Counted from the first letter of the stretch, positions 26,382-35,481 are shown. The stretch is 64,000 bases of DNA from Candidatus Iainarchaeum sp. (GCA_017609625.1 JAFCDN010000003.1:1387-65386), one strand, 5' to 3'. A program made the numbers and translations. The notes: generated by a model not told the origin, from the letters alone.

Positions 26382-27749
26382 AAATTTAGCAAGGGAAGAA
26401 ACTATTTTATAGAAAGAAAACAGTATTTTGTTATGAGAAGAAGAATTAAAATAGTTAAACCTAGAAATAAAATTAAAAGAGTAAGGGGTCCTTTTTCTCA
26501 TGTACAGGCTCACAAAGCTTATTTAACCGGAGCTCCAAAAACTGCAGTACATGAAATCAGAACAAAAACAGGAAATAAACTTTTAACTGCAAAAATGATA
26601 AACCAAGGAGAAATTAAAGTTAATCTGCTTCAAGCAAGAGGAACATCCAAAATAAAAAGAAGAGTAACAAGACCAATAAATGTAGAAATTGGAGACCACT
26701 ATTTGTTTTCCAAAATAGATTATTTTAATGCAGCACACATTTTTGGGGAAGCATTAATCAACTCACTAAGATTAGAAAATGTTGTTAGAACTTCTTTGAC
26801 AGATGATGTTCATGTAAGGAGAAGAAAAGGAAGAAAAAAAACTGATGAAAGAAGATTCAACAAATGGGTTAACCTAAAAGGAAAAAGAATCAGAACTTTA
26901 AGAGAATCAAGCGCAAGCAAAACCTATAATGAATTAAGACAGCTTTGCGATTGGACAGAAGAAGGCGCATGCAGACACTTTGATGCAATACTTTATATTA
27001 GAAAATTAGGGTTAGAAAGCAAAGTAGCAGTTCGTTTGGCTAAAAGGCATGGAGTTTCAGCAAAAGAAATAATTAAAGCATTTAACCATCTTCCAAGAAT
27101 CCCTGTCTCAGAACAAGCAATAGTTGTATTACCTGAACTAGATGAACACAGACAAAGTCTTAGAACAGAACAAGAACAAACAAAAAAAGTTTTAAGAGAA
27201 CTTTTTAGAGTTGACCAGAGAACAATTGACAACAAAATTCATCCAGTTTATTATGACATAAGAACACTAAAAGCAATTGAGTCAGAATTTGTTTCTGCAA
27301 GAAGATCTGCTGCATTGCGCAGAGGAAAACTTCCAAAAGAAAAGCAAACTCAATTAGTTTACAGAACATTAACTTTTGGAAAAAGCAGTTTAGCAGATTT
27401 ACAGCAGGCAGAAAGATTTTTAAGAAGTGCAAAAACAACAGGTTTAACTGAAAAAAACAACTCAAGAAAACTGGTTTACTTTAATGAGTTGGTTGGAGTT
27501 TTAGGAGATTTTCCTGGGTTCAAAAAAATGTTTCAACAAGGAAGTTTGAGTGCATTAGGAGACTATCATTCAGATTTAGTAAAAGCAATAAATTCTCTTA
27601 ACTCAGAATTAAGGCAGAAACAAAGCGACGGATTGATTAGTGCACAAGAAGTAATGGGGGAAAAAACTTTCAACTCAGTCTTAAGCGAAGCAAGAAATGC
27701 ATTAAATTATTCTCTTCAGTTAATGAACTGCCAGAGTTTAGCTGCATAA
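26352..27749 (+). CDS. Basic hypothetical protein with HTH-like segments
   Basis: Probable start MRRRIKIVKPRNKIKRVRG at 26433. K/R-rich N-terminus. HTH-like KVAVRLAKRHGVSAKEIIKAF and VDQRTIDNKI. Confidence 0.55.
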   Translation: MPKTFLLRKNKFSKGRNYFIERKQYFVMRRRIKIVKPRNKIKRVRGPFSHVQAHKAYLTGAPKTAVHEIRTKTGNKLLTAKMINQGEIKVNLLQARGTSKIKRRVTRPINVEIGDHYLFSKIDYFNAAHIFGEALINSLRLENVVRTSLTDDVHVRRRKGRKKTDERRFNKWVNLKGKRIRTLRESSASKTYNELRQLCDWTEEGACRHFDAILYIRKLGLESKVAVRLAKRHGVSAKEIIKAFNHLPRIPVSEQAIVVLPELDEHRQSLRTEQEQTKKVLRELFRVDQRTIDNKIHPVYYDIRTLKAIESEFVSARRSAALRRGKLPKEKQTQLVYRTLTFGKSSLADLQQAERFLRSAKTTGLTEKNNSRKLVYFNELVGVLGDFPGFKKMFQQGSLSALGDYHSDLVKAINSLNSELRQKQSDGLISAQEVMGEKTFNSVLSEARNALNYSLQLMNCQSLAA

Positions 27750-27798
27750 TCACCTGCACTCAGCTCTCACTAAACTTAAAAACTGTTTTAGAAGGAAA

Positions 27799-28377
27799 GT
27801 GTTTATGGAATACATTATTTTAGATACAGAAACCTGTCCGACAAATTTGGACAAGTATGAAGAATTGAGTGAAACTGAAAGGAAAAAATTGTTGAATCCA
27901 ATTGATTCAAAATTAGTTGCAATTGGGTTAAGGTATAACTCTAAAACAGTAATCATTCATGATAAAAATGAAAAACAAATGCTAGAAGAATTTTGGAAAG
28001 AATTAGAAGAAATAAAAAAAACAAAACCAGAGAAAAAAATTGTCGGGTTTAATATAAAAGATTTTGATTTGCCTTTTCTTGTGACAAGAAGCTTTATTAA
28101 TAATGTAAAAATCACTCCATTTGTTTTAAAGGAAGTAATTGATTTAAGAGAAAAAGTTTCTGCTTTTCGTTATGGAGCAACAAGAGGAAAACTAAAAGAG
28201 TTTGGAGAAGCTTTAGGGATTGAACTGCATGAAATGGACGGCTCAATGGTTGCAGATGAATGCATTAAAGGAAACTATGAAAAAATCAACGAATATCTGA
28301 AAAAAGATTTAGAGATAACAGAAAAAATGCTTCAAAGAATTATAGAAACAAAAATCATTGAAATAGAACGCTGGTAG
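27799..28377 (+). CDS. DEDD-type 3'-5' exonuclease (RNase H fold, PolB-exonuclease-like)
   Basis: Exo I ILDTET. Exo II VGFNIKDFDLPFL. ATG at 27805. Confidence 0.7.
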   Translation: MFMEYIILDTETCPTNLDKYEELSETERKKLLNPIDSKLVAIGLRYNSKTVIIHDKNEKQMLEEFWKELEEIKKTKPEKKIVGFNIKDFDLPFLVTRSFINNVKITPFVLKEVIDLREKVSAFRYGATRGKLKEFGEALGIELHEMDGSMVADECIKGNYEKINEYLKKDLEITEKMLQRIIETKIIEIERW

Positions 28378-28500
28378 CAAACGTTTCGCCGTTTGAGCAC
28401 GAAACACTATCTTCGCTTTCAGCTCGATAGAGCGTTCTTTACAAACATGAAAAAGAAATAGATGGAAACGCTTTGCTTGCGCAAAGCGCCCCAAGAGATT
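28378..28500 (+). repeat. GC-rich hairpin patch (modules shared with elements A/B)
   Basis: AAACGtttcgcCGTTT. agctcgatagagcg resembles agctcgattgagcg of copy A. CGCTTTGC-ttgc-GCAAAGCG is a perfect 8-bp stem. Confidence 0.4.
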
Positions 28501-28511
28501 CTGCTAAGGCA

Positions 28512-28699
28512 AAGGAAGTTAGCAAACTTTTATTTTGGTTTTTTGTTCAACCTTTTGTTTTTGGTAAAGCTTTTTCTAAAAGGTTTAAAGGTTGTTTTGG
28601 TATTTTGAGTTAAGGAAGTTAAGCAACTTTTTGATAAAACTTTTTTTTAAAAAGTTTTAAGCGAAGCAATTTTTGGTAAAGCTTTTGTAAAAAGGTTTT
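28512..28699. repeat. Two imperfect tandem repeats of about 100 bp, built from AT-palindrome units
   Basis: aaggaagttagcaaactttt...ggtaaagctttttctaaaaggttt versus aaggaagttaagcaactttt...ggtaaagcttttgtaaaaaggtttt. Confidence 0.55.
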
Positions 28700-28775
28700 G
28701 TGCCGGGCCATTAAAAAAATTAAGGGGGTCTTAATTAGTGATTTAACAGCTCGGCACAAATGGTGGGAGTAAAGC

Positions 28776-28810
28776 AAAACACCTTTTTCAAAAAAAGGTG
28801 TAACAAAAAC
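28776..28810. repeat. AT-palindrome/CAAAAAC-linker unit
   Basis: aaaaCACCTTTTTcAAAAAAAGGTGtaacaaaaac. Near-identical to 52066-52101 and to the in-CDS copies. Confidence 0.7.
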
Positions 28811-28811
28811 T

Positions 28812-29279
28812 TCATTGTTTTATGAAGTAAAGCACTTTTTTTCCGGACTGGGCTTTTTTGAGGTATCCTTCTTTGAATAATTTATTCAGCCTCTGCGAAG
28901 CAGCATTTAATCCCTTGTATTTTAATGCATCTTTTACTTCTGATGCAGTGACAGCGTTTTTTTCTGAAACCAAATCCATTATTTTTTTGTCTTGGTCTGC
29001 AAGCAGGTTGAAAGAAGTTTCTTCCCGCACTTCAGGCAAACCTTTTGTTTTAAGTTCCAACATCATTTTGTCATACTTGTCGTTAATTTCAGACAAAATT
29101 TTGTTTGTTGCTTCCCTTTCCTGAGCCAACTTAAATAACAGCATTGAAACAAAGAACGGATCTTTGCTTTGCTGGAATATCTCATTAACGTCCATAGTGA
29201 GTTCTTCAAACTTAGGTGAAAGCTTTTTTACTGCCTCCCTTGATTTAAGTAACTCCCTAAACGCGTCATGATTATTCAT
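28812..29279 (-). CDS. Winged-helix transcriptional regulator (C-terminal wHTH)
   Basis: C-terminus ...IMDLVSEKNAVTASEVKDALKYKGLNAASQRLNKLFKEGYLKK is MarR/ArsR-like. Adjacent to the rbr-dfx pair. Confidence 0.55.
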   Translation of the reverse strand: MNNHDAFRELLKSREAVKKLSPKFEELTMDVNEIFQQSKDPFFVSMLLFKLAQEREATNKILSEINDKYDKMMLELKTKGLPEVREETSFNLLADQDKKIMDLVSEKNAVTASEVKDALKYKGLNAASQRLNKLFKEGYLKKAQSGKKVLYFIKQ

Positions 29280-29304
29280 GTCATATCATGATAGTATCAT
29301 GATA
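29266..29304. promoter_or_regulatory. Phased TCATGA repeats, including a tandem pair of the 10-bp palindrome TATCATGATA; candidate operator
   Basis: TCATG(A) at 29266, 29276, 29286 and 29297. TATCATGATA at 29284-29293 and 29295-29304. Overlaps the regulator start codon (29277-29279). Confidence 0.5.
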
Positions 29305-29381
29305 TTTATATACTTTTCGTTTTAGGTTTTTAGATTAGAAGCAGTTATATAAATTTATATAATCAAAGGATTTGGCTTGTT

Positions 29382-29759
29382 TTATTTTGTTTTCCACAAG
29401 CCGTGCAGATTACAGTATTCTCTTGCCTTAAGTTTTTCTGCTTTTACTTCAAAAAACGTTTCTGGTTTTTCCCCTGGACTTAAAAACTTTTTAAATCTTT
29501 TTTTGTCTGCAGTCAATTCAATCCATTCAATAAAATGCTTTTCTTCCATTGGATGCTCTACTGAACCTACTTTGACTTTAATTCCTTTTTCTGTTTCTTC
29601 AATCACTGGAACATGTTTTTCGTTTCCTAAATCTTCTGTTTTTTCTTCTAATAGATTCATTGGCTGCCCGCAGCAGACAAGTTCTCCTGAACCTGCATGC
29701 AAAACCTCAACAATGTTTCCGCAGATTTCACACTTATAAATATTGTTTAATTCAGTCAT
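29382..29759 (-). CDS. dfx: Desulfoferrodoxin (2Fe superoxide reductase)
   Basis: N-terminal desulforedoxin [10 protein letters not shown]...CCGQPM. The SOR centre His/Cys pattern follows. Confidence 0.9.
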   Translation of the reverse strand: MTELNNIYKCEICGNIVEVLHAGSGELVCCGQPMNLLEEKTEDLGNEKHVPVIEETEKGIKVKVGSVEHPMEEKHFIEWIELTADKKRFKKFLSPGEKPETFFEVKAEKLKAREYCNLHGLWKTK

Positions 29760-29770
29760 TTAATTACCTC

Positions 29771-30355
29771 CTATTTTGCACCTCTTTCTTCAGATAATGC
29801 AAGATGATCTGATTCAACTTCAACCAAAGCAATAAATATTTCTTTTACTCTTTCATTATCGGCTTCTTCAGCTGCTTTTTTGTAAAACCCTATTGCATTT
29901 TCTTCTCTTTGATGGGATTCTTTCAGGTCTTCAAGATAATCTTCTGAACACTCGTCGTTTGAACTGGGAATGCTTTCCAGTTTTAATATTTTTTTCCAGA
30001 TTGAAGCATGTTCTGCTTCAACTTTTCCCAATATCTTGAAAAGTTTTTTGCCTTCTTCTTCTTTTACTTTTTTTGATGAACAAAAATAAAAATTTGTATT
30101 GCTTACTTCAAGCTGAAGGGCTTTTTCTACATTTGCTTTGTCTTTTTCTGTTAACTCTACATCAAAATTTACTTTTGCTTCTTTAAATTCTTTAATGTAT
30201 TCTCTTTTTGCCCCGCAAAAAGGACAGTTTGATGGAGCCTCATCTCCAATATAAGGGTCTCCACAAATTTCACATCTCCAAAGTTTTGCCATTAAATCAC
30301 CTAATAAAAAAATATAAAAAAGTATTAAAACATGTTTGAATGCAGTTACCGGCAA
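29771..30355 (-). CDS. rbr: Reverse rubrerythrin (N-terminal rubredoxin-like domain, C-terminal ferritin-like domain)
   Basis: WRCEICGDPY...CPFCGAKREY, then two EAEH/ESDH-type diiron helices. Probable start MAKLW at 30292. 11 nt upstream of dfx. Confidence 0.85.
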   Translation of the reverse strand: MPVTAFKHVLILFYIFLLGDLMAKLWRCEICGDPYIGDEAPSNCPFCGAKREYIKEFKEAKVNFDVELTEKDKANVEKALQLEVSNTNFYFCSSKKVKEEEGKKLFKILGKVEAEHASIWKKILKLESIPSSNDECSEDYLEDLKESHQREENAIGFYKKAAEEADNERVKEIFIALVEVESDHLALSEERGAK

Positions 30356-30422
30356 AGCATGGATTTAATAATACAGAAACAAAAAAACTTTTTGGATTAC
30401 TGAAAAGGTTTTTAAAGATTGA

Positions 30423-30920
30423 ATGCGTTTTTATTTTATGGTTATAAAAGCAAAAAGAAATTTTAATTCAAGTGCATTTAGAGATGGAAAAAGAAGAAGA
30501 AGTAATAACAGAGGAATAACAAAAATAGGAGGTCTGCCTGCCTCAGCTGTGCTAAAACTTACTAAAGCAGGAGTGCCTATGCATATAATAATTAAAATAG
30601 GGCGACTGCCAAATGCCCAAAGCGCTGCTGAAATGGTTTTGACTTCAAGAAGAAAGTTTAGAAAACCACCGCAAAAAAATAGAACTAAAACAAAACCTGT
30701 GAGCAGAGCAATAGGAATGGGTACAAAAAGAAAAAAAACATACAAAAAGCCAGTAGATACTCCTCGTGACAGACAACCAATGCCTAAAGCAGAAATAGAT
30801 AAGCTAAGAGAATTAGAGTTTCCTGAAGAACAGCTAAATAAGTTAAGAGATGGCGATTATGATAATAGCATGCTTGACTTAGCAATGGAGTCCCTAAAAA
30901 AAAGAAAAAAAAAGCCTTAA
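30423..30920 (+). CDS. Very basic hypothetical protein
   Basis: GKRRRSNNRG...RRKFRKPPQKNRTKTKPVSR...KRKKTYKKP...KKRKKKP. No motif recognised. Confidence 0.5.
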   Translation: MRFYFMVIKAKRNFNSSAFRDGKRRRSNNRGITKIGGLPASAVLKLTKAGVPMHIIIKIGRLPNAQSAAEMVLTSRRKFRKPPQKNRTKTKPVSRAIGMGTKRKKTYKKPVDTPRDRQPMPKAEIDKLRELEFPEEQLNKLRDGDYDNSMLDLAMESLKKRKKKP

Positions 30921-30968
30921 TAACTTTTTAAAATAAAAATAAAAAAAAAAGAGAAAAAGAAGGGGAAA

Positions 30969-31256
30969 TCATTTTGTTAAAGTGATTTCTATTGAAGAAA
31001 CCTTTATTGGCCCGCCTTCTTCTGAAGAAAGTTCTTCTGTTGAAGTTGAAATATTATTTATTTTCATGTCTTTCAGGAATTTGTTTCTAACTATTTCTGA
31101 AACATCAACTGCTCTAGAAATTGCCTTTCCTCTTGCCTTAATTGTAACGTCTTTTGCTCCTGCATTTACTTGGGTTACAACAGCTAAAACATAAGCCATT
31201 GTTCCTTTTTTTCCGATAAAAATAGTGTTTTCTTCTGCCATACTGTATTCCTCCAT
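30969..31256 (-). CDS. albA: Chromatin protein Alba
   Basis: IFIGKKGTMAYVLAVVTQVNAGAKDVTIKARGKAISRAVDVSEIVRNKF...SSIEITL. Probable start at 31241. Confidence 0.92.
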   Translation of the reverse strand: MEEYSMAEENTIFIGKKGTMAYVLAVVTQVNAGAKDVTIKARGKAISRAVDVSEIVRNKFLKDMKINNISTSTEELSSEEGGPIKVSSIEITLTK

Positions 31257-31360
31257 TTTATTGTGATAAGTAAACTGTTAAAAAAACTATAAAAAATAGT
31301 GAAAGATTGTGTTTATTAATATTACTATTTAATAAAAAAAGAAGAAAGGTAAACTAAAGT

Positions 31361-32218
31361 TTACCTTAAATACTTAAGAGTTGCGTCAAAAATTCCTTTT
31401 GAGATTCCCGGATCATAACCAAAGTACAAGCTTTTTCCTATTACAAGCTTTTTTTCTACTATTCCAGGATATTGTTCTGTCTGGTTTTCCCAAGGATATT
31501 GTTCAATCCATGCAACCTGTTTTCCTGTTAGATTAACCGGAAAGGTTTCCAGCATATATGCTCCGCCTTCTCTTGGGGCAAATTCAATTCCTTTCATGAT
31601 TGGATGCTTCCAGTCGTCTTTGTAAATTCTTCCAGCAACATAAACTCTGTTTAAACAGCTTGGAGTATCGCTTGCTCCTTCTCTGTCGCATTTAACCGGA
31701 ACAATGTCTCCAAAAGTCGCTTCCCATCCCAACACTGCAGAATCATTTTGTCTTCGAATTCCGGAATCCATTACTAAAATGAATTTTCCTCCAGAAGAAA
31801 CATATTTTTGGACTGCTTCCCCTAACTGTCTTGAAACTTCTTTGTTTGCTTCCAAGTGCTGGTCTAATACTACAATATCATATTCTGCAAGGATTTCTTC
31901 TGCATTAGTTGTTAAAGTACTGACTTTCCTTACCTGATATCTTACTAAATCCTTATCTTGGTTTAAAACGTTTTGAAAGTCCTGGGAAGGGCTTCCGATT
32001 ATCAGCATGTCCATTGGCTCTCTGTCAGTTAAGCCTGGAATGCTCCAAAAGCCAAACTGGTTTCCTAAGAAAGCTACAATTAAAATAATCAAAATCAATG
32101 GAATAATTCCTTCCAAGGAATACTTTAGTTTTGACTGCATTCCTGAATCCGCGGGACCAAAATCCTGAGGCATTGGTTCTGGCGGTGCTCCTTCATCGTA
32201 CATTTTTCCAACCTCCAA
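31361..32218 (-). CDS. N-terminally anchored extracytoplasmic protein (distant paralog of 33618-34586)
   Basis: TM IIPLILIILIVAFL, then MLIIGSPS...YDIVVLDQH...GGKFILVMDSG. This pattern suggests a flavodoxin/GATase1-like fold (weak). Confidence 0.5.
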   Translation of the reverse strand: MEVGKMYDEGAPPEPMPQDFGPADSGMQSKLKYSLEGIIPLILIILIVAFLGNQFGFWSIPGLTDREPMDMLIIGSPSQDFQNVLNQDKDLVRYQVRKVSTLTTNAEEILAEYDIVVLDQHLEANKEVSRQLGEAVQKYVSSGGKFILVMDSGIRRQNDSAVLGWEATFGDIVPVKCDREGASDTPSCLNRVYVAGRIYKDDWKHPIMKGIEFAPREGGAYMLETFPVNLTGKQVAWIEQYPWENQTEQYPGIVEKKLVIGKSLYFGYDPGISKGIFDATLKYLR

Positions 32219-32220
32219 TC

Positions 32221-32306
32221 GGTTTTTGATAAAACTTTTCTCAAAGTCGTTTTGTTAAACCTTTTCTTAAAAGGTTTTTTTGTTCAAACTTTTTTGAAAA
32301 ATTTGT
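32221..32306. repeat. AT-palindrome/linker repeat units (reverse orientation, 3 units)
   Basis: gtttttgat-AAAACTTTTctcAAAGT-cgttttgttaa-ACCTTTTcttAAAAGGT-ttttttgttcaa-ACTTTTTTGAAAAAtTT. Confidence 0.6.
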
Positions 32307-32461
32307 TATACATTAATTATGTTTTTATTCCTTTAAATATTTTATGCTTTTTTAAAAGCACAAACTTGAGAATAATATTGTTTTGTAGTTTATAAAGGTT
32401 TCTGATTAGGAAACCTTCTCAAAAGAAAAGATTTTAAAGAAAGAAAGCATTGAATTAAAGT

Positions 32462-33616
32462 ATGAAAAAAATTTTTGGATTGATTTTAGTTGGAATCTTT
32501 TTATTTGGCTGCATAAATCCGCCTCATCCGCCTCCCCCAGGAGCAGGAACAAAACTTACTTATTTTAATATCGGAGAATGCGGAGAAACAACAAGGGCTG
32601 TAAAAGAAATTGAAAGCAAATGGGTTAAAGATGAACTGGAAATAAAAACAGTTGTTTCAATCAACTGTGCAGACAAAGTTGAAAGCGTGGATTACGAAGT
32701 TTTAGATGAAGATACAATAATGTTGGAATATAAGAGAACAGACAATTATCCAAAAATGAGATGCATGTGCGAAAGCACATTAACTTATAGGATAAGCGGA
32801 TTAAAGAAAAAAGACTGGAAGCTGCAGGCAGCAGAAGAAGTCGGAGAACCAAAAGTTAAAGGAGAACCAGTTTTATTGAGTTTTGTTGCAGGAGAATGCG
32901 GTGAAGCAACAGGAGATTTTGAAGACAAGGTTGTGGGAAAAATCTGGATAGATGCAACAACTTTAGAGGTTGAAACAGAAATTGTTTTGAACTGCGTTGA
33001 TGGTTTAATAGACGGAGCAATAGAAGTAGAAGGAAATATAATCACACTGAAATACACTGCAACAGATAAAGAGCCAAAAGTTGAATGTGTCTGCCCAAAC
33101 CAGGCAACTTATGTTATTGGAAATTTAGAGAAAAAAGAATATCTATTTGAATTTAAAGAAATGGAAACTGTAAAAGGCGATCCATTTTTGTATGACTTTT
33201 CTGCAGGAGAATGTGAAGAAGGACCTGAAACCTTTGGAGAAGAAGTAGAAGAAAAATGGGTTAGCCAAAGTAATTTAGGGATTAAAGCAGAAGTTGAAAT
33301 AAACTGTGCTGACGAAATTTTAGATGGAGATTTTGAAATAAAAGGGAACAAGATTATTTTGAAATATACAACAACAGATAACCCAAAAGTTTTGTGTGTT
33401 TGCCAGAATGAACTGAATTATACAATAAAAGATCTGGAAAAAAAAGAATACGAATTTGAGTTGAAAGAAGTAAAGTGTATTTATGATTCAGACTGTGATG
33501 AAAAAATAGACTGCTCTGGACAGGAAATAACATTACCTCCAATCTATCCAATATGTGAATACAATAAATGTGAGTGCGGCTGCGGGGATCCGGAAAACAA
33601 CTTATACTGCGAATAA
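32462..33616 (+). CDS. Cys-rich lipobox protein with three tandem domains of about 100 aa
   Basis: LFGC lipobox. Three repeats each carry GECGE/GECEE...(I/L)NC(A/V)D...C(M/V)C. Cys-rich tail CIYDSDCDEKIDCSG...CEYNKCECGCG. Confidence 0.65.
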   Translation: MKKIFGLILVGIFLFGCINPPHPPPPGAGTKLTYFNIGECGETTRAVKEIESKWVKDELEIKTVVSINCADKVESVDYEVLDEDTIMLEYKRTDNYPKMRCMCESTLTYRISGLKKKDWKLQAAEEVGEPKVKGEPVLLSFVAGECGEATGDFEDKVVGKIWIDATTLEVETEIVLNCVDGLIDGAIEVEGNIITLKYTATDKEPKVECVCPNQATYVIGNLEKKEYLFEFKEMETVKGDPFLYDFSAGECEEGPETFGEEVEEKWVSQSNLGIKAEVEINCADEILDGDFEIKGNKIILKYTTTDNPKVLCVCQNELNYTIKDLEKKEYEFELKEVKCIYDSDCDEKIDCSGQEITLPPIYPICEYNKCECGCGDPENNLYCE

Positions 33617-33617
33617 A

Positions 33618-34586
33618 TTATTCAAGCAAAGCATAATACATGTTTTCTATTAAAAGATAGGTTTTTTTTGGCTGACCTTCCATTAAGAATGTTTCAGGCG
33701 GAATGGAATAATAAACTATGCTTTCTCCTAAACCGCTTGGAGAAGAAATCATTATCACAGTAAAAGTAGAGCCATAATTTGTTCCTTTTGGATTTACATC
33801 TCCTTTTGCATCAATTATTGCACTTAAAGCATCAACAGTTAAAACTTCATTGTTGTAAGAATCAAAACGTTTTGTTACAAGAGAAAAGTTTCCGCGCATT
33901 TCAAAGTTCGGATCCAATCCTAAAATTAAGTCATGGGTCTGTCCAGGAGCTTTTCTTAAATAGCCAATAAAAGGCAAATCATCTTTACAGTCTTTTACAT
34001 CACAGTAATTTCCAATGAATTCAACTGAAAGCAGTTTATCTAACTGAACCATATAGTTTCCGTCGTCTTTGTTTAGTTTTCTTGCCCAAGGGCCTATTAC
34101 AGTGTTCTCTCCAGAGCCATGCCTTTCAGAATACAAAAGCAATTCATCTCCTTCAACTGCAACTGTTCCTGAATCTCCAATCCACACTAATTTTCCATTT
34201 GTTGGAGGAGAAGCATAATCAATAAACAATTTCATTTGTTCAGTGCTCATAATTTTTGCTCTGTCAACTATAACCAGTTTATAGTTTTTGAGATAGCCTG
34301 GGCTTATGTTTTTTAAGTGAACTATGTCAGCTCTTTTTCCTAAATACTGCGGATGCTCAATTGCTTTCTGTAAAACAAAAGGATCTCCTAAACCTGTATC
34401 TCCATATACTATCAAAATATTTGGGTCTCCCATTACAAAATAATATACTCCGCACCAGCCAGGGATGACCGAGCATTTGATTATTCCAGCCCAGGTAAGG
34501 ATTCCAATAATTAAAACAATCAAAGCAATCAATGTTAAAATGTGAAAAGCATCGTTAATCATTCTTCGCATTTGGTCTTCTTCCAT
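33618..34586 (-). CDS. N-terminally anchored extracytoplasmic protein (distant paralog of 31361-32218)
   Basis: TM ILTLIALIVLIIGIL, then NILIVYGDTG...YKLVIVDRAK...GKLVWIGDSG. Confidence 0.5.
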   Translation of the reverse strand: MEEDQMRRMINDAFHILTLIALIVLIIGILTWAGIIKCSVIPGWCGVYYFVMGDPNILIVYGDTGLGDPFVLQKAIEHPQYLGKRADIVHLKNISPGYLKNYKLVIVDRAKIMSTEQMKLFIDYASPPTNGKLVWIGDSGTVAVEGDELLLYSERHGSGENTVIGPWARKLNKDDGNYMVQLDKLLSVEFIGNYCDVKDCKDDLPFIGYLRKAPGQTHDLILGLDPNFEMRGNFSLVTKRFDSYNNEVLTVDALSAIIDAKGDVNPKGTNYGSTFTVIMISSPSGLGESIVYYSIPPETFLMEGQPKKTYLLIENMYYALLE

Positions 34587-34682
34587 AATATTATTATCTT
34601 TTTAGTCCTTAATAAACCCTTTTACTTATAGAATTTATTTCTTATTAAATCTTTTGTTATTTAAATATTAAAGTGATTTTAC

Positions 34683-34856
34683 ATGGTTAAGCTAAGTAGA
34701 GGGCCTGCTACCTCTGGACCAAGTTCTTCTTTAGGAATAATGAGGTTTTTTGATGTAGATACCGGAGGGCCAAAAATGTCCCCAGAGTTCGTTGTAGGGG
34801 TTGCATTAGCTCTTATAATTCTGGTTCTGATAATCAAAAACCTGAATCTGGTTTAG
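34683..34856 (+). CDS. Preprotein translocase subunit Sec61beta (57 aa, below the ORF-track cutoff)
   Basis: Own translation MVKLSRGPATSGPSSSLGIMRFFDVDTGGPKMSPEFVVGVALALIILVLIIKNLNLV. Has the GL(I/M)R(F/Y)(F/Y)D...SP motif plus a C-terminal TM. Confidence 0.78.
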   Translation: MVKLSRGPATSGPSSSLGIMRFFDVDTGGPKMSPEFVVGVALALIILVLIIKNLNLV

Positions 34857-34886
34857 ATTTAAACTACTGAAAAGGTTTATATTCTT

Positions 34887-35432
34887 TTGACACCTATTTT
34901 TTTGGAGGATAAAATGCCTGCAGCAAAAAAACCTAAAATAGAAATGCACCAAACATACCGTGCAGGCAAACCTGGCACTTGGAGAGGCAGAAAAAAAATA
35001 GTTTTTTTGCCAGGACAAAAAATACACAAAAATGTTGTTGCCTCAGACAGGCGTTTAAAAAAATCAGAGATTGGAAAAGGAAAACTGATTGCAATAGTTG
35101 AACGACAAGGAAAAAAAACTTACTACTATACTGACAGAAGAAATCCTGAGAAAAAAGCAAGAATAGTACAAAACACTTCTCTTTTTTCTGAACTGCAAAA
35201 TCTTTCACAAATCTCAGACAATACAAAATTATATCTGGGTGCAGAGAAAATTTCCCCAAAAAAAATGAACAGAACTCAAGAACTAAAAACCTATGAAATG
35301 CACAAAAGATTGCTTGTTTCAACTGAAAGAATTCTGGGAAAGAAAAAAGACCTTGTTGGAAGAATAGTGCAGCCTAATATTAGAACGGGCGTAACTCACT
35401 ATTATTATATTGACAGAAGGCCGGCAAAATAG
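34887..35432 (+). CDS. Basic hypothetical protein with an internal duplication
   Basis: Probable start MPAAKKPK at 34914 (GGAGG 7 nt upstream). Repeated ...GKKTYYYTDRRNPEKK and ...GVTHYYYIDRRPAK. Confidence 0.5.
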   Translation: MTPIFLEDKMPAAKKPKIEMHQTYRAGKPGTWRGRKKIVFLPGQKIHKNVVASDRRLKKSEIGKGKLIAIVERQGKKTYYYTDRRNPEKKARIVQNTSLFSELQNLSQISDNTKLYLGAEKISPKKMNRTQELKTYEMHKRLLVSTERILGKKKDLVGRIVQPNIRTGVTHYYYIDRRPAK

Positions 35433-35481
35433 TGTCTTTCACTGGTTAACTTTTTTAAGTACTTTAATCTTATTCTAGTGG

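Noticed and set aside
28512-28699. CRISPR-like appearance of regularly spaced short palindromes (also at 20088-20162 and 32221-32306).
   Set aside because: The units are degenerate, only 2-3 occur per locus, and there are no identical direct repeats separating unique spacers of constant length. No cas genes are in the window.
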